DNA from: an uncultured SAR86 cluster bacterium
GTDB lineage: Bacteria; Pseudomonadota; Gammaproteobacteria; Magnimaribacterales; D2472
Assembly: GCA_902630885.1 (NCBI GenBank)
Contig: CACOWI010000003.1
Span: 64,939 to 128,938 of the forward strand
Direction: 5' to 3'
DNA length: 64,000 bases
Below the pieces are notes generated by a model. The model had not been told where the DNA came from. It ran no database searches and saw nothing but the letters and a program-made list of their open reading frames with translations. Shown here piece after piece: positions 9,179 through 18,772 of this stretch. The translations under genes and the position numbers were made by a program. Positions within the stretch are counted from its first letter, which is position 1. Each line of letters starts with the position of its first letter.

Positions 9179-9935
9179 TTGTACCACCATCAACAACGAT
9201 TGTCTGCCCATTAATGTAATTACCTGCATCAGATGCAAGCATAACAGCAACACCAGCTATTTCATCTGGTTCACCAATTCTTTTCATTGGTGTTGTAGAT
9301 AACACTGAATTTAAGATATCAGGATTTTCCCATAATGCTTTTGCAAAATCTGTTTTTATAAGACCTGGTGCAATTGAATTAGCTCTAATATTTTTATGTC
9401 CAAATTCAGTAGCTATATTTTTAACAATCATTACATCAGCTGCTTTACTTATGTTATACGCGCCTAGTATTGGACTACCTTTAATCGCAGCTATACTCGA
9501 TATAATAATAATTGAACCATCTTCACGCTCAATCATATCTGGTAATACGAGATTGCATAGAACTTGATTAGATTTAATATTATTATTCATGACTTTATCG
9601 AATTTTTCAGATGGCATATCAAGCATTGATCCCATAAAAGGATTTGTTGCCGCATTACAAATTAAAGTGTCAATTTTTCCTAATTTTTCAATTGTTTTAG
9701 ATACTAAATTATTTAATTGATCTTCATCACTAATATTTGCTGAAATAGGGAAGGCGACTTCTTTACCAACAGATTTATTAATTTCATTTGCGGTACTTTC
9801 ACAAACATCTAACTTTCTACTTGAAATAATTACCTTAGCACCATGTAAAGCACATTGATGGGCAATACTTTTTCCAATACCTCTTGAAGATCCAGTAATT
9901 AAAATTGATTTATCTTTTAGGTTAAATAATGACAT
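9168..9935 (-). CDS. Short-chain dehydrogenase/reductase (SDR) family oxidoreductase
   Basis: TGSSRGIGKSIA, CNAATNP and YNISKAA, with C-terminal GQTIVVDGG. Substrate is unknown. Confidence 0.8.
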   Translation of the reverse strand: MSLFNLKDKSILITGSSRGIGKSIAHQCALHGAKVIISSRKLDVCESTANEINKSVGKEVAFPISANISDEDQLNNLVSKTIEKLGKIDTLICNAATNPFMGSMLDMPSEKFDKVMNNNIKSNQVLCNLVLPDMIEREDGSIIIISSIAAIKGSPILGAYNISKAADVMIVKNIATEFGHKNIRANSIAPGLIKTDFAKALWENPDILNSVLSTTPMKRIGEPDEIAGVAVMLASDAGNYINGQTIVVDGGTTIS

Positions 9936-9955
9936 ATTTTTATTATAATGAAATT

Positions 9956-10186
9956 ATGACTAAAAAAGTTGAAATATATTCCAGGTCAAATTGCTCATAT
10001 TGTGTAATGGCTATGAATTTTTTTGATTCAAAAGGAATAAAATATGATGTTTATAGTGCTGACGACCCAAAAATCTTTCAAGAGATGTTAGAACGCAATC
10101 CTCAAGCTAGAACAGTTCCACAAATTTTTATAGATGATAAGCTTATTGGTGGATATACTGACTTAGTCGAAAAATATTCGGAATAA
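9956..10186 (+). CDS. Glutaredoxin (dithiol, CSYC active site)
   Basis: MTKKVEIYSRSNCSYCVMA...TVPQIFIDDKLIGGYTDL is colinear with E. coli Grx3. ATG 9956 is preferred because ATG 9929 would overlap the divergent SDR start codon. Confidence 0.8.
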   Translation: MTKKVEIYSRSNCSYCVMAMNFFDSKGIKYDVYSADDPKIFQEMLERNPQARTVPQIFIDDKLIGGYTDLVEKYSE

Positions 10187-10190
10187 AAAT

Positions 10191-11858
10191 ATGGAACAAT
10201 TTAATGCTTTTTTAGTATTGCTTGATAGTAATTTAAGTGGATCATGGTGGTTTCCTGCACTTCTAATAGGAACTGGTATCTTTTTTACAATTTATCTAGG
10301 ATTTCCTCAATTTAAATATTTTAATAGTGCATTAAAAATAGTGTCTGGAAAGTCTAAAAATTCTGAGTCTGATGGAGAAACTACCGGATTTCAAGCACTT
10401 ACAACTGCAATGTCTGGTGCCGTAGGAACAGGTAATATTGGTGGTGTTGCATTAGCAATCTGGACAGGTGGACCTGCAGCAATATTCTGGATGTGGATTA
10501 CTGCTATATTTGGAATGACCACCAAATATGTTGAAGTAACTTTGGGTCATAAATATAGAACGACACTTAACGATGGTTCGATTTCGGGTGGTCCAATGTA
10601 TTACATTGAACAAGGCTTAAATATGAAATGGGTTGCTATTTTGTTTGCATTCTTAATGATGATTACTGCTATTGGATCAGGAAACATGCCTCAAATAAAT
10701 AATATTGCTTTGGTCATGAATAGTGAGTTTGATGTACCAAAACTGTTTACAGGATTATTTTTAGGTGCATTACTCTGGATAATTATTATTGGTGGAATTA
10801 AAAGAATAGCATCTGTAGCAAGTAAGATTATCCCAATAATGGGTATTATTTATTTTGGTGGCGCCTTAATAATTCTTGCAGAGAACTATCAGAATGTAAT
10901 TCCTTCATTTAATGCAATATTCGCTCAAGTTTTCACTGGATCTGCTGCTGTTGGAGGGTTTTTAGGTGCCAGTTTTGCTATGAGTTTAAAATATGGTGTT
11001 GCTCGAGGCTTATATTCAAATGAAGCTGGCCAAGGTTCATCACCAATCGCTCATGCCTCATCAAAAAATAAATCAATTGATCAAGGCGTTGTTTCTATTC
11101 TTGAACCCTTTATTGACACGATTGTTGTTTGTAGTGTCACTGCATTGGTTATTTTGTCGAGTGGAGTATGGACTCAAAAATTTGATACAACTTTTTCTAA
11201 AACTGATATGGTAATTCTTAATGGAATTTATTCTGATGATAAGAACACAGATGGTGAGTATTTATATCCAGATCATATAAAAGAATTAACAAAATACGTT
11301 CAGTTTATTGATTCAAGTGTAAAAGAATTTACAGGATCATTGGACGTTGATGACGGAAGGATATTATCTGATAACATCACTGTTATTCATTCACGATCAA
11401 TAGCAGAAGATATAATAATTTCAGACTCTGTTGAAAATAATTTATTTTCAGGTCAACTTGAAATCATTAATGGAAAAGTATCCGATCAAGTTACTATTAA
11501 GGGTAAATCACTAGTAAGTTCTGCAGAACTAACTGCTAAAGCCTTCTCTCAAGGAATTCTTGGACAATATGGAGGTAAATTAGTGGCCATAGCATTGTTA
11601 TTATTTGCATTCTCAACATCCATAACATGGTGTTATTACGGTGATAGATCAACTGCCTATATATTTGGCGAGAAGGGTGTAGTTTGGTACAGAAACTTTT
11701 ATGTATTGTGTTTTGTTTTAGCTGCAGTTATTGATACAACCGTTGTTTGGAACATAGCCTATGTTGTTGTAGCTCTTGTATCAATTCCAAATTTGATTGC
11801 AATGTTTGTGCTTAGAAAGGAAATGAAATCACTTTCTGACAATTTTGATATTAAATAA
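10191..11858 (+). CDS. Alanine/glycine:cation symporter (AGCS) family transporter
   Basis: FQALTTAMSGAVGTGNIGGVALAIWTGGPAAIFWMW and a multi-TM profile typical of AGCS. 555 aa, with a long hydrophilic insertion. Confidence 0.85.
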   Translation: MEQFNAFLVLLDSNLSGSWWFPALLIGTGIFFTIYLGFPQFKYFNSALKIVSGKSKNSESDGETTGFQALTTAMSGAVGTGNIGGVALAIWTGGPAAIFWMWITAIFGMTTKYVEVTLGHKYRTTLNDGSISGGPMYYIEQGLNMKWVAILFAFLMMITAIGSGNMPQINNIALVMNSEFDVPKLFTGLFLGALLWIIIIGGIKRIASVASKIIPIMGIIYFGGALIILAENYQNVIPSFNAIFAQVFTGSAAVGGFLGASFAMSLKYGVARGLYSNEAGQGSSPIAHASSKNKSIDQGVVSILEPFIDTIVVCSVTALVILSSGVWTQKFDTTFSKTDMVILNGIYSDDKNTDGEYLYPDHIKELTKYVQFIDSSVKEFTGSLDVDDGRILSDNITVIHSRSIAEDIIISDSVENNLFSGQLEIINGKVSDQVTIKGKSLVSSAELTAKAFSQGILGQYGGKLVAIALLLFAFSTSITWCYYGDRSTAYIFGEKGVVWYRNFYVLCFVLAAVIDTTVVWNIAYVVVALVSIPNLIAMFVLRKEMKSLSDNFDIK

Positions 11859-11859
11859 C

Positions 11860-12870
11860 TTATTTAACTTTCTTTAATAAAGAAACAATTTCTAAATGAT
11901 TTTTGTTAGGGAATTGATCGAATAATTCTATTTTATCAATTTCAAATGATTCAAGTAATTTAATATCTCTTACATATGTTTCAGAATTACAAGATACATA
12001 TATTATGTTCTCAAAATTTGATGCCAAACTAATTACATCATCAGTTAATCCAGATCGTGGTGGATCTAAAAGAATATGTGAAAAATCATAATCATTTATA
12101 TTTTTCATATTCATACGATTAAATATTCTTCCATCAAATAGTTCACTAACTTCATTCGAAGATAACCTAGCATTATGAACATTAGAAATTTTATTTTCTT
12201 GAAGAGACTTTTCTAAACATTTAATTGATTTTCTATTACTTTCAGTTGCAAGTATTTTATTAAACTTAAATGATAATGGGAGTGTGAAGGTACCAATACC
12301 GCAATATAGTTCCAATAGATCTCTTTGATTATCAATAAAATTAATTACCTTTGATATCATTTTATCAACAAGATATTTATTTGATTGCGTAAAGGTATTA
12401 TCGGTCTGAAAAATTTTTAAATTTTTATAAGCAAGCATATCCTCCAAATACAAACCCCTTATCCCATGCACAAAATTTTTTGATCTTACTATGATGTTAA
12501 TATCAAGATTTTTTGATATTTGATTTAACAAAGCAATCAATGATTTATCAATTTTTTTGTGGTAAATCATTGTTATCATTAATTTATTTAATTGATTTGA
12601 TCTAAAGTTAATTTGAAAAAGTTTTTCTTTAATTTCGTTATTATTATTTATCTCATTTAAAAGTATTGGCATTATGTTCTGAATTTCTAAAGAAGCATCC
12701 GTGAAGGTTTTCATATAAATCTTTTTATTAATGCCATGCATAACATAATTATTCTTATCATATGCGAACTCACAACGACTTCTAAATGCATTAGCTGGAC
12801 TAATATTTATAGCTATTTTATTGGCATGCTTGAATCTTATGGCACTCTGAAACTTTTCAAATTTATTCAT
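11860..12870 (-). CDS. trmA: tRNA (uracil54-C5)-methyltransferase TrmA
   Basis: RSRCEF, SAM-binding LELYCGIGTFTLPL, DPPRSGL, YVSCNSET and FDQFPNKNHLE, colinear with E. coli TrmA. Confidence 0.8.
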   Translation of the reverse strand: MNKFEKFQSAIRFKHANKIAINISPANAFRSRCEFAYDKNNYVMHGINKKIYMKTFTDASLEIQNIMPILLNEINNNNEIKEKLFQINFRSNQLNKLMITMIYHKKIDKSLIALLNQISKNLDINIIVRSKNFVHGIRGLYLEDMLAYKNLKIFQTDNTFTQSNKYLVDKMISKVINFIDNQRDLLELYCGIGTFTLPLSFKFNKILATESNRKSIKCLEKSLQENKISNVHNARLSSNEVSELFDGRIFNRMNMKNINDYDFSHILLDPPRSGLTDDVISLASNFENIIYVSCNSETYVRDIKLLESFEIDKIELFDQFPNKNHLEIVSLLKKVK

Positions 12871-13037
12871 ATTAATAGGCTTGTAATAATCAAAACTATG
12901 CTTATAAAAACAATATTGAGTGTAATAAATAGGAGAATTATTCTTATAAATGATAAATTTTTTAGATCATTTGAAAGATCTTCTTTTTTTCTAATTCCTA
13001 AAAAAGAACTTATAATTCTAAATAACCACATAAAAGA

Positions 13038-13628
13038 ATGAGTAAAGTAATTAATATAACAAAATCTGCTGAAGAATATTTAGCGAAATTAATTCAAGAT
13101 AAGAATGAAACAGATCTATCTATAAGAATTTTTATTTCTGATCCAGGTACTCCAAAAGCTGAGACTTGTTTAGCATATTGTAAACCAGATGAGGCAATGC
13201 CTGACGACATGATTTTAAATTTAGATTTAATAAACGTAAACATTGAAAAAAGAAGTGTTCCATTTTTAAAAGATTGTGAAGTTAATTTTGATAACGATAC
13301 ATTTGGTGGGCAGCTTACTATAAAGGCTCCCAATGCAAGACTTCCGAATATATCTCCGGAAAGTCCAGTTGAGGATAGAATTAATTATGTTATTTATAAC
13401 GAAATAAATCCAATGCTTGAATCTCATGGCGGTGAAGTATCTTTGGTTGAATTCAGTGACGAAAGTATAGCTGTTCTTCAATTTGGTGGGGGTTGTCAGG
13501 GTTGTGGAATGGTAGACGTAACTCTTAAAGATGGAATTGAGAAAACACTAATTGAGCAAATTCCAGAGGTAAAAGCAGTTAAAGATCTAACTGATCACTC
13601 AGTTACTGATAACGCATATTACAAGTAA
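13038..13628 (+). CDS. nfuA: Fe-S cluster carrier NfuA
   Basis: Degenerate A-type N-domain (IRIFISDPGTPKAETCLAYCKPD) plus Nfu C-domain GGGCQGCGMVDVTLKDGIE. Length and order match E. coli NfuA. Confidence 0.9.
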   Translation: MSKVINITKSAEEYLAKLIQDKNETDLSIRIFISDPGTPKAETCLAYCKPDEAMPDDMILNLDLINVNIEKRSVPFLKDCEVNFDNDTFGGQLTIKAPNARLPNISPESPVEDRINYVIYNEINPMLESHGGEVSLVEFSDESIAVLQFGGGCQGCGMVDVTLKDGIEKTLIEQIPEVKAVKDLTDHSVTDNAYYK

Positions 13629-14270
13629 TTAAACTTCGCTTATAGCTACTACAACTCCAAAATAGGGGTGATCAAAAAAGTGTATCTCATCATTAAAGAT
13701 TCTTTTCTCCTCATCTATAAAGATATTGATTTTAGAGTTTCTTGCATCTAAATTACCTAAATATGCCTTGAGATCAATATGCATAAACCTTTTCTTATAG
13801 AATTTTATTAAAAAGCCATAATTATTTTGACTTTGATATGCTAAGTATTTTGAAGAGTCATATTCTGGAATAGTTTGTATCCAAGATTTTGAATCAATAA
13901 GGACATATTTACTTTCTTTATTAATATTGTTTTTTAAATTATTCAAGACGGATAAATTAGGATTATCTCTATAAAGTGGTTTAGGTAAATTTTTTAAGTT
14001 TAAATCAAAATTATTTTTAAATAAATTTGTATAAAATTTTGACATATTAGAAAAGTTACTATGACTCATCTGAGCCAATAAAGAGTTTTCATCAGTAAAA
14101 TAGACTAAATTTTTATCAGATATATCTAAATTTGTGTTGAAAGTTTCATCACTTTCAATAGTTTCATATTTGAAGACTATTAATTCTATTTTGTATTCAA
14201 CATTATCTTCTTCACCAAATACTAGATTTGTAAATAAAAATAATAAAAATATTTTTTTAAAAAATTTCAT
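13629..14270 (-). CDS. Hypothetical exported protein (possibly CsiV/DUF2803-like)
   Basis: Signal peptide MKFFKKIFLLFLFTNLVFG. N-terminal YKIELIVFK and C-terminal FFDHPYFGVVVAI resemble, from memory, the family found next to mfd in Vibrio and Pseudomonas. The start overlaps the mfd stop by 14 nt. Confidence 0.6.
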   Translation of the reverse strand: MKFFKKIFLLFLFTNLVFGEEDNVEYKIELIVFKYETIESDETFNTNLDISDKNLVYFTDENSLLAQMSHSNFSNMSKFYTNLFKNNFDLNLKNLPKPLYRDNPNLSVLNNLKNNINKESKYVLIDSKSWIQTIPEYDSSKYLAYQSQNNYGFLIKFYKKRFMHIDLKAYLGNLDARNSKINIFIDEEKRIFNDEIHFFDHPYFGVVVAISEV

Positions 14271-17200
14271 CCAATAGTTTATCTATATTTTGTCTTCTTA
14301 CCTCAGCATTTAATTCATGATACTTGTAAATGAATTTATTAGTTGAGTTAATTTGAAATTTTTGAGGATCTTTTTTAGCAAAATTAATTAATTTATCCAA
14401 ATATGAATCTTTAATTTCCTTAGTTATTTCAATATTTGTATTCTTAGTGTTGGATTTGATCGATTTAATACCACTATTTAAAACTTTTAAATGGAATCTT
14501 TTATTATCAATTAAATTTTCTGTTTCTATTGGTATTTTTCCACATCTATCTTTGAGGTTTGTTTTTAATGCTTTTAATTCTTCTAAACTAGTTAATTCAT
14601 TCAATTTTTTATAAATTTTTAATCGCTCTAAAGGAGAGGGCAGATATGCCTCACTTATGTATGCCGAATCGTAGAAATTTATCTCAATATCAATATCTTT
14701 ATGATGATAAATATTTTTTTGAGAATTAATCGCATCTTTCAACATCGATAAATATAGGGACAAACCAATATTATCAATGTGACCACTTTGTTTATCACCC
14801 AACATTTCTCCACCACCTCTAAGTTCAAGATCTTCTTCAGCTATTAAAAATCCCTCGCCTAAATTAGAGTGTTTAATTATAGAATCTAACCTATTTCTTG
14901 AAAGCTTAGGGATATCTAATGTTGGAATTAAAAAATAGCAGTAACCTTGTTTTTCAGATCTTCCAACTCTTCCACGTAGTTGGTGAAGTTGTGAAAGGCC
15001 AAAATTATGTGAATTAATTATCACCATGGTATTAGCATTAGGTATATCTAATCCCATCTCAATAATTGTTGTACAAATCAAACCATCTATTTCACCATTT
15101 TTAAAGTTATTCATGACATTTCTTAATTCTTTCTTAGAGAGTCTTCCGTGAGCAATCGACACCTTAAATTCGGGGAGTAAATTATTAATTTCTTTTTTTA
15201 GATTATCCATTTTATCAATGTCATTTTGCACAATAAAACATTGTCCACCTCTTACTTTTTCTCTAGTAAGAGCCTCTTTGATAAGCTGCGAAGTTTGAAT
15301 TTTAAGAAAAGATTTAATGTTGATTCTATTTGTTGGTGGCGTCTGTAAAAAAGAAAAATCTTTTAAACCAGAAAAAACAAGATTCATTGTTCTTGGAATA
15401 GGAGTAGCTGACAAATATAATACATGGACGTTTGCTTGTTTGTCTTTTATAAAGTTTTTTTGTTTTATTCCAAATTTATGCTCTTCATCAATTATCAATA
15501 GCCCAGTATTTTCAAAACTTAAGTTGTTGTTAAAGACAATATGAGTACAAATTAATATATCGGTTTTACAAGAATTAAAATCATCGATTATTTTTTCTTT
15601 ATTTTTTTTCGACGTAAATCTATTTAATTTATTTATAGAAACTGGAAAATTTTCAAACCTTTTTATGAAAGTATCATAGTGCTGATCACAAAGGACCGTA
15701 CTTGGAGTAACAATAACAACCTGTTTATTTGAAGAAACAGATATTAAGGAAGATCGCATAGCAACTTCTGTTTTCCCAAACCCAACATCTCCACATAAAA
15801 CTCTATTCATTGGTTTAATTAAAGATAGATCTTTCTTTATGGAAGAAATAGACTCAATCTGATCTGGCGTTTCATTATAAGGAAATTCATTTTCAAATTT
15901 TAAAAATATATCTTTATCTGGCTTTAAACTTGATGAGTTAGCATTACTTCTTCTCGATTCAATATCTAATATTTCCGCTGCATGATCAACGACTCTTTTA
16001 TTAGCCTTTGATTTTTTAACTGACCATTTATTGGATGACAATGAATCAATTTTAATATTTATATTATTATTTTTATGATAGTTTGAGATTTTATGTATAT
16101 TTTTTAGTGGAACATATAAGATTTCGTTTTTATCATAAATTATTTTTAGATACTCACTAAATTTATTGTTGGCTTCTACAACCTCTAAACCATCGTATAT
16201 TCCTAAACCGTAATCCTCATGAATTACTAAATCGTCTTTATTAAATAGTTTTGATAAATTCTCTTTTTTTGTAGAACGCGCATTTGAGTTTTCTACTTTA
16301 TATACAGATTTATCAATATATTCTTTATGAAAAATAAACGTGTTGTTATCTTGAATATATATAGGTCTTGTAATATCGCCGAACATAATAGAAATATTAT
16401 TCATTACTTCATGTATATTTTTGATTTCTGATGCTTGAGTTTTATATTTTTCTTTTAATTTTTCTAGTTCTGATGGGATAGACGACATTAATATAATCTT
16501 CTTATTGTCAAAGTCACCTGTAACGATTCCTTCTTCAATATCTTTAAAAGATTCATATGAATAATTAATTTTTTCAACATCAATTTTTTTTATAGATTGT
16601 GTAAAATCTAATATATTTTTTACATTTAAAAATAAATCAGAAGGCTTGATTAATGGTCTGTTTAAATCTTGAGACTCATCTTTGTATCTGTTGTTAATAA
16701 GTGATTCATACAGATCGATTTCATTGTCTAAATCTTCGTATTTAATGAATTCATAATTATTAAATATTTCTAAAAAAGTTGATGTATCTTTGAAAAAAAA
16801 GGGGAAATATATTTCTATACCTTCAGGAATTTCATAATTTTTTATTTTTTGAAATAAAGAGCAATATCTTTCATCGATATTTGTAAAATAGTCTCGCCAT
16901 CTAGAGATAAATGATGATACTTTTAACTCATCAAGACTAAATAAGCTGCCTTTAGATATGGAAAAATTTTTGATATTTTCAATTGATAACTGAGATTCAA
17001 TATCAAAAAACCTAATTGACTCAATATAATCATCAAAAATTTCGATTCTTAGTGGATTTTCATAGATAGGAGTGAAAATATCTATAATTCCACCTCTAAC
17101 TGAGTATTCATTAATATTTTCAACATTTGTTTTCTTTTGATAATTTAAAATTTCAACAATGTTTACAATACTATTGATTGATAGTTCATCATTAATAGAA

Positions 17201-17541
17201 AAGGTTTCTTCTGACTTAAAAAAGTATTTATTAGGGTAAATTTCAAATAAATTTTTGACTGAGCTTATTAAAATATGTTTTTTATTACTTTGTTGATTGA
17301 TTAACTTAAATCTTTGTTTAGTAATTTTTTCTGGAGTTGAAAAATGATCATAAGGTAGTATGTCATTTTCTGGAAATAGCTTTATACAATCTTTATCGAA
17401 TAATATTGATAGTTCATTATAGATATACCTAGACTCAAAATTATCTTTTGTTAGAAGGCAAATTGAATTTGAAGCTTTATCAAAATGTTTTTTTATAAAA
17501 TAAGCATAATTTTGATAATTATTTTGTTTATTTTTAAGCAT
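14257..17541 (-). CDS. mfd: Transcription-repair coupling factor
   Basis: 1094 aa. CarD-like segment DLVIHEDYGLGIY. SF2 helicase motifs GDVGFGKTEVA, IIDEEHKFG and LRGRVGRS. Confidence 0.95.
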   Translation of the reverse strand: MLKNKQNNYQNYAYFIKKHFDKASNSICLLTKDNFESRYIYNELSILFDKDCIKLFPENDILPYDHFSTPEKITKQRFKLINQQSNKKHILISSVKNLFEIYPNKYFFKSEETFSINDELSINSIVNIVEILNYQKKTNVENINEYSVRGGIIDIFTPIYENPLRIEIFDDYIESIRFFDIESQLSIENIKNFSISKGSLFSLDELKVSSFISRWRDYFTNIDERYCSLFQKIKNYEIPEGIEIYFPFFFKDTSTFLEIFNNYEFIKYEDLDNEIDLYESLINNRYKDESQDLNRPLIKPSDLFLNVKNILDFTQSIKKIDVEKINYSYESFKDIEEGIVTGDFDNKKIILMSSIPSELEKLKEKYKTQASEIKNIHEVMNNISIMFGDITRPIYIQDNNTFIFHKEYIDKSVYKVENSNARSTKKENLSKLFNKDDLVIHEDYGLGIYDGLEVVEANNKFSEYLKIIYDKNEILYVPLKNIHKISNYHKNNNINIKIDSLSSNKWSVKKSKANKRVVDHAAEILDIESRRSNANSSSLKPDKDIFLKFENEFPYNETPDQIESISSIKKDLSLIKPMNRVLCGDVGFGKTEVAMRSSLISVSSNKQVVIVTPSTVLCDQHYDTFIKRFENFPVSINKLNRFTSKKNKEKIIDDFNSCKTDILICTHIVFNNNLSFENTGLLIIDEEHKFGIKQKNFIKDKQANVHVLYLSATPIPRTMNLVFSGLKDFSFLQTPPTNRINIKSFLKIQTSQLIKEALTREKVRGGQCFIVQNDIDKMDNLKKEINNLLPEFKVSIAHGRLSKKELRNVMNNFKNGEIDGLICTTIIEMGLDIPNANTMVIINSHNFGLSQLHQLRGRVGRSEKQGYCYFLIPTLDIPKLSRNRLDSIIKHSNLGEGFLIAEEDLELRGGGEMLGDKQSGHIDNIGLSLYLSMLKDAINSQKNIYHHKDIDIEINFYDSAYISEAYLPSPLERLKIYKKLNELTSLEELKALKTNLKDRCGKIPIETENLIDNKRFHLKVLNSGIKSIKSNTKNTNIEITKEIKDSYLDKLINFAKKDPQKFQINSTNKFIYKYHELNAEVRRQNIDKLLDEIF

Positions 17542-17600
17542 CTAGTTGTGTATAATGAGAGCCTATTCTATCAATCAATTTAAATATATAAAGAAAAAAT

Positions 17601-18770
17601 ATGGATATAAACTTTAGTAAGGAAGATATTGCTTTTAGGGATGAAGTCAGAGACTGGTTAGCCAATGACTATCCAAAGCATGTGAAAGATAAAACTGATA
17701 ATGGTATTGCTCTTACCAAGCAAGATATGATTGATTATCATAAAGCCATCTCAAAGAAAGGTTGGATGGGTTATAACTGGCCTGTTGAGTATGGTGGTAC
17801 TGGATGGTCATCAACACAACTATACATTTTTAATAAAGAATTTGGTCTAGCAGGTTGTCCTCCATTATTAGCTTTTGGTGTCAGCATGGTTGCACCAGTA
17901 ATATGGACTTTTGGTAATGATGAGCAAAAAGAGAGATTTTTACCAGACATCCTTGATTTTAATACTTGGTGGTGTCAAGGATACTCTGAGCCAGGATCAG
18001 GATCCGACTTAGCGTCACTCAAAACAAAAGCAGTTCTTGATGGTGATCATTATGTAGTTAACGGTTCTAAGACTTGGACTACATTAGCACAAAATGCTGA
18101 TTGGATTTTTTGTTTGGTAAGGACTGATAATAGCGGTATCAAACAAGAAGGAATATCATTTCTATTGATAGACATGAAGACTCCAGGAATTGAAGTGAAA
18201 CCTATAATAACTATAGATGGTGAACATGAAGTAAATTCAGTATTTTTTACAGATGTAAAAGTTCCTGTAGAAAATCTTGTTGGTGAGGAAGGAAAAGGTT
18301 GGACGTATGCGAAATTTTTACTTGCTCATGAAAGATTCGGTATTGCCGGTGTTGGAGCTTCTATGAGACAACTTAATAGATTAAAAGACATAATTTCTAA
18401 ACTAGATAATGCTGAATTACAAAAGAAAGTTAATGAATTAGAGGTAGCATTGTCTGCGATTGAAATTACTGAGTTGCGACTTTTATCAGCATTAGAAAAT
18501 GGAGGTCATCCAGGTGCTGAATCATCAATCTTAAAAATAAAAGGTACTGAAATGCAACAAAATCTTTCAGAATTATTTGTTGAAGCTGCTGGAGAATATG
18601 CGTTAATGTACCCAGGACCTCATGGTTATGGAAGTAATGAAAAACCTGCAGGGCCTGATTATGCAGCTGAAGGTCTATCTGGATTTTTAAATCTAAGAAA
18701 AACTTCTATATATGGTGGAAGTAACGAAATTCAGAAAAACATTCTCTCTAAGTTTGTTTTAGGTGTCTAA
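17601..18770 (+). CDS. Acyl-CoA dehydrogenase family protein (putative catalytic/FAD-binding partner)
   Basis: GYSEPGSGSDLASLKT (FAD-contact motif), GSKTWTT, LAHERFGIAG and C-terminal IYGGSNEIQKNIL. Confidence 0.85.
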   Translation: MDINFSKEDIAFRDEVRDWLANDYPKHVKDKTDNGIALTKQDMIDYHKAISKKGWMGYNWPVEYGGTGWSSTQLYIFNKEFGLAGCPPLLAFGVSMVAPVIWTFGNDEQKERFLPDILDFNTWWCQGYSEPGSGSDLASLKTKAVLDGDHYVVNGSKTWTTLAQNADWIFCLVRTDNSGIKQEGISFLLIDMKTPGIEVKPIITIDGEHEVNSVFFTDVKVPVENLVGEEGKGWTYAKFLLAHERFGIAGVGASMRQLNRLKDIISKLDNAELQKKVNELEVALSAIEITELRLLSALENGGHPGAESSILKIKGTEMQQNLSELFVEAAGEYALMYPGPHGYGSNEKPAGPDYAAEGLSGFLNLRKTSIYGGSNEIQKNILSKFVLGV

Positions 18771-18772
18771 TA

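Noticed and set aside
12736-13041. 101-aa ORF bridging the trmA start and the trmA/nfuA gap, including a possible 47-codon upstream ORF whose TGA overlaps the nfuA ATG (ATGA)
   Set aside because: The first part is antisense to the trmA N-terminus. The remainder translates to I/K/N/L/F-rich sequence expected from random AT-rich DNA. There is no SD. The ATGA overlap could be chance. It would only be worth revisiting if ribosome profiling shows occupancy.
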